From an uncultured Gemmatimonadales bacterium (GTDB taxonomy: Bacteria > Gemmatimonadota > Gemmatimonadetes > Gemmatimonadales > GWC2-71-9), in NCBI GenBank assembly GCA_963795085.1, contig CAWCFX010000001.1, positions 864,001 through 928,000 on the forward strand: a DNA stretch of 64,000 bases, read 5' to 3'. Below, piece by piece: positions 10,116-16,926 of the stretch (the stretch's first letter is position 1; each line of letters starts with the position of its first letter). The notes beneath the pieces were generated by a model that saw only the letters and a program-made list of their open reading frames with translations, was not told where the DNA came from and did no database searches. Both the position numbers and the translations under genes were made by a program.

Positions 10116-10971
10116 GGAGTATGACGCGGAGACGGGGTTCTATTACTTCCGGGCGCGGTACTACGAGCCCGCGGCGCGGCGGTTTATCAGCGAGGATCCG
10201 ATCGGGTATGCGGGGGCCGCGAATCTCTATGCTTACGTGGACGGCGATGTAATGGAGGCGCGGGATCCGAGTGGGTTGTTGAAGGATGTCGCGCATTTTG
10301 GGGCGGCTGGACCGGATAATTGGTGGGATCCGAATGCCTGGTTGAACTTCGTGTCAAACGGAGGACATGGTCTACGCGAACTGACATCGTGGCTGAACAG
10401 CGGATTTGCCGCTGCCGCCGATCTCGGTGAATCGTCTACTCATTCTACTGTTGTTACAATTACGAGGGGAGACGGCACCTCGACTGTAATAACCCTCCCG
10501 GGCTCCGTGACGGGTTGCCCCGGTGGGCGTTGTCCTGGCGGGTTAAGCCTTGATCAATACGCTGCCGTGTTGGGCAGCTTCAAGCACATGACGGCCCGGG
10601 CCGCGACTATGGTGGGGAGTCTCCTTAACGAGGGGCAGATTCGGAGCGGGTATTCCTCCGCCTATGTGAACGGGAATAAGGGCGCGGATGGATGGGTCAG
10701 CAATGCCAAGCCAGGGACGGTGTATGTAAATCGAAACCAGGTTACAAGCACATATGTCGGCGATGTCTTCTCTAAAACACCACAGGAGCTGGCACAAATA
10801 CTAATGCACGAAAGCTACCACGTGAATCAATTTAGGAGGCATGGGATCACGTCTTCAAGCAGCCTGAGCGATGCTGTCGGCGCCCGGGGCGCTTACGGGG
10901 CATACTGGGAAGACGACGCTGACGTATTCGCATGTGCTAATCTCGTCGGTGGGTTTGATTGGCAATGCTAA
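10116..10971 (+). pseudogene. Orphan Rhs C-terminal module (core tail plus HExxH metallopeptidase tip), no credible start codon
   Basis: 10116-10216 repeats 8515-8615 almost exactly (EYDAETGFYYFRARYY...DPIGYAG), then DPSGL and a different tip with LMHESYHVNQF...WEDDAD. Confidence 0.88.
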
Positions 10972-11447
10972 TACGGCCTCGTAGGCACTTATCACAGTGT
11001 GTTGCCGTCTGGATGGTCGTCCTCGTTGCAGCCTCCTGCTTCCGTAACGCAGATGTGAAGGAAGTTAAAGATCCTGCCGAAGTTGTCTGCGACTCGATTG
11101 GTGTCGAATGGGCTGAACAGCATACCCCCGGGTTATCACCGCGCAGGTCGGTGCCGCGGGAGGTATGGAGAACGGAATTGCGAATGATAGGTCTTCGGCA
11201 CTGGATAGATATTTATCGCTCCCGGCATCAGTGTCGTTTGCCTGATCATATCGCTGAACTGGGGCCGGAGGATCCCGCCGAGCCCACCCTTGCCCCCTTC
11301 GAGCGCTTCTACCTGGATGGATGGGGAAGGCAGTTTCTCTACAAGCGGGTGGGGACTGGAATGGAGCTCAGGTCTGCCGGGGCGGACGGCCAGATGGAGA
11401 CGCCCGATGACATGATATTCTCCTGGGCGCCACAAGACGGGCGGTGA
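10959..11447 (+). CDS. Lipoprotein with GspG (T2SS pseudopilin) C-terminal-like domain; putative partner/immunity of orphan tip
   Basis: Lipobox-like VAASC. DGWGRQFLY...ELRSAGADGQMETPDDM resembles the GspG DPWG..Y...S.GADG....D motif. Overlaps the orphan tip stop. Confidence 0.65.
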   Translation: MAMLIRPRRHLSQCVAVWMVVLVAASCFRNADVKEVKDPAEVVCDSIGVEWAEQHTPGLSPRRSVPREVWRTELRMIGLRHWIDIYRSRHQCRLPDHIAELGPEDPAEPTLAPFERFYLDGWGRQFLYKRVGTGMELRSAGADGQMETPDDMIFSWAPQDGR

Positions 11448-11462
11448 TGCAGCGTGCGATAG

Positions 11463-11720
11463 TGGTCTTGCCCCGATTTCGTGGACACCTGGGGTTAGGC
11501 GGCGCGACCGGCGAGCCGCGCCTCGAAGGTCACCGGGCTGAGGTAGCCCAAGGCGGAATGCTGCTCGTGGTTGTACCACCTCAGCTAGTCCGGGAACGCT
11601 AACTCGGTCGCTGTCCGAGTGCGCCAGCGCCTCTGGCCCACCAGTTCCCGCTTGAGCGTGGCGAAGAAGCTTTCCACCACCGCGTTGTCCCAGCAGTCGT
11701 ACCTCCAGCCCGTGCTGACG
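11463..11720 (-). mobile_element. IS3-family remnant, copy 2
   Basis: Begins TGGTCTTGCCCCGATTTCGTGGACAC. Minus strand gives [20 protein letters not shown] and HSALGYLSPVTFEAR. Same orientation and similar lesions as copy 1. Confidence 0.85.
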
Positions 11721-11830
11721 TGGCCCCTCCTATTCCAAGTATATCGCGCTCGGAGGATGTGTCGAATCCTGAGCCGTTATGGTCGAGGTGCCTTTTACGG
11801 CGTACGTCTAACCTGAGTTGCTGACACCAT

Positions 11831-12322
11831 ATGTCAACGTCGCACGGCAACAACACCAGAGCACAGCTGACCATGCTGATTCTTCTGAAAGTGGCAGGGC
11901 AAAGCGGCTTTTCTGGTCGTGTGGACATTGTGGCAGATGGCAAGCACCACAGTGGGACCGTGCACGACGCGATAGGCTTCCTGACGGCCTTGCCAAAGCC
12001 GATTAAGTGTCGGAGCGAAGCACATGCCGGTACCTTGCTGCTGTATGTGGAAGCTCCAGGCATCGTCGCATCACCGAGCAGTGTTATAGCGCAGTTGCTT
12101 GCAACGTATTGTAACGGGGTTGCTGGCGGCGATATCATGATTGAGTCAGGAACTGATTCGATGCGGATGTCCATCGCCGATCTCATCAAGTGGACCGAAG
12201 AGTACGTGCTCTCTCGTTACTCGTTTGCAACGACACGACCAACGCTCCCACAAGCGGCATCTGGCATTGTGGCAAATCTTGTAATTGGTCGGCCAGAATG
12301 GGTACCGTCTACCCACCCTTAG
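11831..12322 (+). CDS. Hypothetical protein (low GC)
   Basis: 163-aa ORF with protein-like composition in a low-GC patch; no recognised motif. Confidence 0.5.
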   Translation: MSTSHGNNTRAQLTMLILLKVAGQSGFSGRVDIVADGKHHSGTVHDAIGFLTALPKPIKCRSEAHAGTLLLYVEAPGIVASPSSVIAQLLATYCNGVAGGDIMIESGTDSMRMSIADLIKWTEEYVLSRYSFATTRPTLPQAASGIVANLVIGRPEWVPSTHP

Positions 12323-12710
12323 ATGAGGATCAACAGGTGAACACAGCCTGAGGGAGAAGCATCCTGGCAAAATGCATGGGATGCAGCCGATATGGAGCAA
12401 CTTGAAGCTCAGGGCCAGACCACGTCGTGAGTGACCCGCCACGCCCCACCCGGGGCAAGTGTCCCCCCGCGCCTTTGGTTTCGGAAAGTTTTCGCTGTCA
12501 CCTGTTCTCTGGCGAGGACAGGTCCCGCGGCCCCGCGGGTCGGAGAACGACCGGCCACCGGAGAAATTGGCCTTGAACGCAGGGGAGGCTCGGGTGAGCT
12601 GACAGGAAGGCGCCGTTGACCGGAGAGAAGGCTGCCAGGGGCTCCGGGAACCCGGCGTTGATGGCCGGGACGGCGGTATGGAGCTGCCGGTGAACCCGCC
12701 TTCGGGGGGC

Positions 12711-12962
12711 GGAAGGCGATCTGTATGCGGCGGGAGGCAACCTTTAACCAGGGGAAGGCAACCTTCAGCTCACGGGAAGGCGACCTTCAGATGTGGGGAA
12801 GGCAATCTGTATCGGCGGGACGGCAACCTTTACCCGGGGGGAAGGCCAGCTATACCTGGCGGGAAGGCAACCTGTACCTGGCGGGAAGGCAACCTCCAGC
12901 TGACGGGAAGGCGACCTTGAGCCGAGGGGAAGGCGGGCTGGGGCCCCGGGAAGGCATTCTAC
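12711..12962. repeat. Tandem array, core GGAAGGC(A/G)AYCT with 21-22 bp period, 12 copies
   Basis: Cores at 12711, 12732, 12753, 12775, 12797, 12818, 12840, 12862, 12884, 12906, 12928, 12949. Degenerate in-phase copies at 12605, 12626, 12647, 12668. Confidence 0.9.
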
Positions 12963-13153
12963 CAGTCCCGGTCACCCATCCTCGCAGCAGGGGGAAGCTT
13001 TACGCGAGACTCGGCGCAGGCAAGCTCCAACGTATCGAATGACCAGCCGGATCCGGCCGGCCGCACCCGGGGACCAGCGGGCCGGATGCCTCCCTTCCGC
13101 ATTCCGGTAGCGGCTGCATACTGGAGCGATACCCTTTCCCCAGGCTTCCGGCC

Positions 13154-13730
13154 ATGGCGTTCATCCCGTCACCCCGGGTCGTGGCGGTGGAGTGGCTTGG
13201 CGGGGCCAGCGGTGCGGAGCAGAAGATACGGCTGGCGGAGTTCCGGGAACCTGGCACGCAGTGCCGGCTACCGTGCGGGAGGACGCGGGAGCAGTTGTTG
13301 GCCCACCGGCTCGACCTGGCGGAACGGGACCCATGCTTCTCGGTGGGGCTCGACTTTGCCTTCTCGTTCCCCCAGTGGTACATGGCGACCCGGGGGTTCG
13401 ACGGTCCCTACCCCCTCTGGTGCGAGACCGTGAAACAGGGCAAGAGCTGGCTGCGGGAATGCCGGTGCCCTGGCGGGGAATGGAGTGGGCCCGTTCGGAA
13501 GGTCATCGGGGCCTTCCGGCGCACCAAGATCGAAATCGCCTCACAGCACCGGATGCGGGTGCGGTCAGCCTTCCAGCTCGCCGGGGCCGGCGCCGCCGGT
13601 ACCACCGCACTCCTGGGCATGCCCCATCTCAAGCGGCTCCGGGACGCCGGGTGCAGATCTGGGCGTTCGAACGAGCCGGGAGGGCCCCTGGTGGTGGAGG
13701 TCTATCGGCGACTCCTGATCGGTGCCGTTG
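13154..13730 (+). pseudogene. DUF429-like (predicted RNase H-fold) pseudogene
   Basis: VVAVEWLG (decayed AVDWSG), GLDFAFSFP, GMPHLKRLRDAG, LVVEVY. The IW(P/A)F segment lies in another frame near 13655 and the C-terminus is lost. Confidence 0.55.
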
Positions 13731-13792
13731 GAAGTGCGGAAAACGCAGTTGATAATGCTGGGTCTGCGGCAGTGGACAGATATTCATCCCAC

Positions 13793-13832
13793 CGATTGCC
13801 GATTGCCGATTGCCGATTGCTGACTGCCGACT
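13793..13832. repeat. 7-bp tandem repeat (GATTGCC)
   Basis: About 5 copies; another short run at 14052-14078. Confidence 0.85.
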
Positions 13833-13902
13833 GCAGAAATCCGCGCCGCAGCGCGCGGCACCTTCCCTTCGGGAAGGATGTACATGTCGTGGTGCGACCG
13901 TC

Positions 13903-14014
13903 ACCGGGGGCTGACGCCCCGACCGGGGGCTGCGCTCCGACCGGGGGCTGCGCTCCGACCGGGGGCTACGCTCCGACCGGGGGCTACGCCCCGACCGGGG
14001 GCTACGCCCCCGGC
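13903..14014. repeat. 18-bp tandem repeat ACCGGGGGCT(A/G)CGC(T/C)CCG x6 ending in a REP-like hairpin
   Basis: Units at 13903, 13922, 13940, 13958, 13976, 13994. The last closes as the palindrome CCGGGGGC-TAC-GCCCCCGG. Confidence 0.9.
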
Positions 14015-14016
14015 TC

Positions 14017-14042
14017 AGGAATAACGGCTCCTTCGGAGCCTG
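14017..14042. repeat. 26-bp direct repeat with cUUCGg hairpin, copy 1
   Basis: AGGAATAACGGCTCCTTCGGAGCCTG; 25/26 identical to 14801-14826. Confidence 0.85.
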
Positions 14043-14185
14043 CTTCACGAGGATTGCTGATTGCTGATTGCCGATTGCACCGAATCCCCGGCAGACCCGT
14101 GCTGGTTGCGCCCGAATCGGGACAATCTTCCTGCTTCCCGAACCCGTCTGGAGGTCTTAAATTGTAGCCAACCCAGGAGGCACCC

Positions 14186-14401
14186 ATGACCCCCTCCCTT
14201 CCCGATGATATCGCGGCTCGCGTCCGGCGACTAGCGACCGCCCAGCAGCAACAGGCACTCGCCTACGTGCGAGCCCTGGAGCAGTCCGCCGATGCTCCGG
14301 GACTCCTCCAGTTCGCTGGCACGATCCCGACGGCCGACCTGCGGGTGATGGCGGAGGCCATCGAAGCGGACTGCGAACGGATCGATGCCGCCGGCTGGTA
14401 A
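14186..14401 (+). CDS. Putative VapB-type antitoxin
   Basis: 71 aa, AGGAGG RBS, GLLQFAGTIP..DL..MAEAIE.DCE.ID...W pattern, overlaps the PIN toxin. Confidence 0.75.
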   Translation: MTPSLPDDIAARVRRLATAQQQQALAYVRALEQSADAPGLLQFAGTIPTADLRVMAEAIEADCERIDAAGW

Positions 14402-14783
14402 GGTTCTCCTCGACACCAATATTCTCATCGCTCTCCTCGCGGGTGAAACATCCGTGCTGGCCGCCATCCGCTTGGCGCCTGGTGTCTTTGTGTCAGTGAT
14501 CGCGCTGGGCGAGCTCTATTACGGGGCGCAGAAGTCCGGGCGATCAAAGGAGAACACAGAGCGAGTGGAGGCATTGGCCGCTTCGGCCGCCGTGCTGCCA
14601 TGTGGGAGCGAAACCGCGCATCACTATGGACGACTGAAAGCCGAGCTTCGGACCCGCGGCACCCCGATTCCGGAGAACGATATCTGGATAGCGGCGGTGG
14701 CCTTGGAGCACAATCTCATCCTCGTCACACGGGACACTCATTTCCAGGCGTTACCCTCGCTGACCCTCACCGACTGGATGTAA
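14385..14783 (+). CDS. vapC: VapC PIN-domain toxin
   Basis: LLDTNILI, SVIALGELYYGA, GTPIPENDIWIAAVAL, LVTRDTHF. Confidence 0.93.
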   Translation: MPPAGKVLLDTNILIALLAGETSVLAAIRLAPGVFVSVIALGELYYGAQKSGRSKENTERVEALAASAAVLPCGSETAHHYGRLKAELRTRGTPIPENDIWIAAVALEHNLILVTRDTHFQALPSLTLTDWM

Positions 14784-14800
14784 ATCGAGTCCCGCGGGTA

Positions 14801-14826
14801 AGGAATGACGGCTCCTTCGGAGCCTG
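14801..14826. repeat. 26-bp direct repeat with cUUCGg hairpin, copy 2
   Basis: AGGAATGACGGCTCCTTCGGAGCCTG, 17 nt after the vapC stop. Confidence 0.85.
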
Positions 14827-14944
14827 TCCCCAGGAGACTTGCCGATTCCGATCGTGGATTGTCGGATGCCGTGCCGAGTGCCGAGGGATGACGAGGAGAG
14901 TGGCGCTCATCCGCGCATGGTACCAGCCGCAATCCCAGCCGCCG

Positions 14945-15382
14945 CTACCCCTCCAGGTCGGCCAGGTCGGCGAGATCCCGGGGCCGGCCCACCGCGCGCT
15001 TGTTCCGGATCAGCATCTCCCGCCCGAGGACGGGGACCTCCAGCGGTCCAATCCCAACCGTGATCCGGCCGGGCCAGGCCTCGGCGAAATCGACGCCGGA
15101 AATCGTGGTCAGGATATCAATCCGGGCCGGCGGAAGGCCGATCTGGAAGACCAGGTCCACGGCCGTGAGATCCGCTTCCCGGAGATCGTGGAGCGGGGCG
15201 CCGAACTCCCGAAGGGCGGTATAGACGCGAGCCGCGTTCTCCGGAGTGGCGTGAACCCAGATGTCGAGGTCCCCGGTAGCGCGCGGACGTCCATGGGCCG
15301 CCAGGGCATGGGCCCCGACGACGAGATATTCAGCCTTCGCGCCGGCTAAGGCGGACAACATCTCGACGAAGTCGGGGTTCAT
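14945..15382 (-). CDS. Nucleotidyltransferase-fold protein (AbiEii/DUF6036-like)
   Basis: YLVVGAHALAAHGRPRATGDLDIWV and LIRNKRAVGRPRDLADL. Confidence 0.8.
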   Translation of the reverse strand: MNPDFVEMLSALAGAKAEYLVVGAHALAAHGRPRATGDLDIWVHATPENAARVYTALREFGAPLHDLREADLTAVDLVFQIGLPPARIDILTTISGVDFAEAWPGRITVGIGPLEVPVLGREMLIRNKRAVGRPRDLADLADLEG

Positions 15383-15530
15383 GGTCGAGTCCCTCGAAGA
15401 AGGCCCAGGCCTGAAGCGTCATCGGCCACACCAGCGCTACCCGGGCCGACGGTGAGAGTGACTCCAGGTCCCGCGCATCGTCCGCGTCGCCGAGACGCAG
15501 TTTGCGCGTGGGGTAGTGGCTCCGGTCCAT
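15330..15530 (-). CDS. Small partner protein (putative antitoxin) of the nucleotidyltransferase
   Basis: 66 aa MDRSHYPTRKLRLGD...SPSARVALVWPMTLQAW...PRLRRDVVRL, overlapping the NTase start. Confidence 0.6.
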   Translation of the reverse strand: MDRSHYPTRKLRLGDADDARDLESLSPSARVALVWPMTLQAWAFFEGLDHEPRLRRDVVRLSRREG

Positions 15531-15548
15531 GCGGGAATCTAACCAGGG

Positions 15549-15643
15549 GAGTGCAGAGTGCAGAGTGCAGAGTGCAGAGTACAGGGTACTGAGTGCTGAG
15601 TACTGAGTACTGAGTGCTGAGTACTGAGTACTGAGTACTGAGT
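15549..15643. repeat. 7-bp tandem repeat GAGTGCA shifting to GAGT(A/G)CT
   Basis: About 13 units between two divergent NTase operons. Confidence 0.9.
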
Positions 15644-15721
15644 CGATCGAGGCACCGGTTAGCCACCGACAGGCCCTCCCATCCATGCTATATTCACCTC
15701 ACCTTTTCCTCCCGGCTACTC

Positions 15722-16546
15722 GTGAGCACTACCCCGCGTCCTGGCGTCCAGGATACCTCCCCCGCGGCCCTGGATGCCCAGGTCGAGGTGTACCGCCGGC
15801 TTTCGCCCGCCAGGCGGCTGGAGATCGCCATCGAGATGAGCCTGCTGGCCCGCGCCCTCCTCCGGGCGCGGGTCGCAGGCGAGCACCCGGACTGGTCGGA
15901 TCGGCAGCTGACGCTCGAGGTGCTCCGGCATACCCTGCCCGGCGGCCGGCTTCCCGCCTGCGCTGGCATGACCGCCCGCGATCTCCTCCGGCGGATCCTC
16001 GGTAAGCTGGAGGACGCGGGCATTGCCTCGATGCTGACCGGGTCGTTCGCCAGCTCGTATCACGGAATTCCCCGGGCAACCCAGGACATTGACCTCGTGA
16101 TCACCGCCACGGCGGAGCAGGTCAGCCGCCTGGTCCGGGCACTTCCTCCGGCCGACTACTATGTGGATGAACAGGCGGCCCTCGACGCGCACCACCATCA
16201 AACCCAGTTCAACATCATCGACCTGGCCACCGGATGGAAGATTGACCTGATCGTCCGCAAGGATCGGCCCTTCAGCCGGACCGAGTTCGAGCGCCGGATC
16301 CGGACCGAGGTCGAGGGGGTTTCCCTGCATGTGGCGACCGCCGAAGATATCGTGCTGGCCAAACTGGAATGGGCACGGATGAGCGGCTCGAGCCGGCAGC
16401 TTGAAGACGTCATTGGGCTCCTCCGGGTCCGGGGCCCACTCGACCAGGCGTACCTCGCGCGCTGGGTCGGCAGGCTCGGCGTTGACGCCGAATGGGAGAC
16501 GGTGCAGGCCAGCCTTCGCCAGGGGCAGGGCCACCGCGGGGAATAG
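15722..16546 (+). CDS. Rv0078B/MenA-like antitoxin fused in frame to a nucleotidyltransferase toxin
   Basis: N-terminal DTSPAALDAQVEVYRRLSPARRLEIAIEMS...EHPDWS. Internal ATG at 15968 starts MLTGSFASSYHGIPRATQDIDLV...TAEDIVLAKLEW...SSRQLEDV. Confidence 0.7.
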   Translation: MSTTPRPGVQDTSPAALDAQVEVYRRLSPARRLEIAIEMSLLARALLRARVAGEHPDWSDRQLTLEVLRHTLPGGRLPACAGMTARDLLRRILGKLEDAGIASMLTGSFASSYHGIPRATQDIDLVITATAEQVSRLVRALPPADYYVDEQAALDAHHHQTQFNIIDLATGWKIDLIVRKDRPFSRTEFERRIRTEVEGVSLHVATAEDIVLAKLEWARMSGSSRQLEDVIGLLRVRGPLDQAYLARWVGRLGVDAEWETVQASLRQGQGHRGE

Positions 16547-16618
16547 TGCAGCGTGCAGCGTGCAGCGTGCAGCGTGCAGAGTGCAGCGTGCAGCGTGCAG
16601 CGTGCAGAGTGCAGAGTG
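16546..16618. repeat. 7-bp tandem repeat GCGTGCA/GAGTGCA
   Basis: About 10 units starting at the stop codon. Confidence 0.9.
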
Positions 16619-16673
16619 ATTGGAGATGGAAGCTGGATCGGGGCGGGCGGTAAGCATTCCGAGCGATTCACGC

Positions 16674-16711
16674 AGATTGCTTCGCTCGCCTGGCGGCTCG
16701 CTCGCGATGAC
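16674..16711. repeat. REP-like element (GATTGCTTCG...CTCGCGATGAC)
   Basis: Resembles the widespread GTCAT(T/C)GCGAG...CGAAGCAATC intergenic repeat family; single copy in this window. Confidence 0.45.
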
Positions 16712-16801
16712 TCTGGTGTGGATGCCAGGTTCGATCGGCCGACGTCGCCGCCAGTCTGAAATCCGAAATCTGCGATCTGAATCGATTATATTTCCCCTCG
16801 C

Positions 16802-16874
16802 GGGGCGGTAGCTCAGTTGGGAGAGCACCTGGTTTGCAACCAGGGGGTCGTGGGTTCGATTCCCATCCGCTCCA
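16802..16874 (+). tRNA. tRNA-Ala (TGC), CCA not encoded
   Basis: Acceptor GGGGCGG/CCGCTCC with G3:U70, D-arm TAGCTCAGTTGGGAGAGC, anticodon arm CCTGG-TTTGCAA-CCAGG, T-loop GGTTCGATTCC. Confidence 0.97.
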
Positions 16875-16926
16875 TCCGGGTTCCAGCGCCGTCCCTCTTC
16901 CACCGGGACTCCGCCCTCCCGCTCTC

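Noticed and set aside
9796..11720. Active composite transposon carrying the orphan toxin
   Set aside because: Both IS3 pieces are the same end in direct orientation with a broken transposase and no opposite end.
11770..11826. Integron attC site (GCCGTTATG and GTCTAACCTGAGTTGCTGAC resemble attC half-sites)
   Set aside because: The halves are in the wrong order for one site, no complementary partner was found, and there is no integrase.
12711..12962. CRISPR array
   Set aside because: The core is about 12 bp and the linkers 9-10 bp, far below CRISPR sizes; no cas genes in the window.
15330..15686. ORFs with STQYSAL, CTLHAAR, NSLNSL or GIDGIE repeats (also near 16.5, 24.2, 25.0 and 38.6 kb)
   Set aside because: These are translations of intergenic simple repeats, not proteins.
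16802..16874. tRNA-Ala as integration site of the accessory region
   Set aside because: The island lies 5' of the tRNA; no duplicated tRNA 3' end or integrase was seen.
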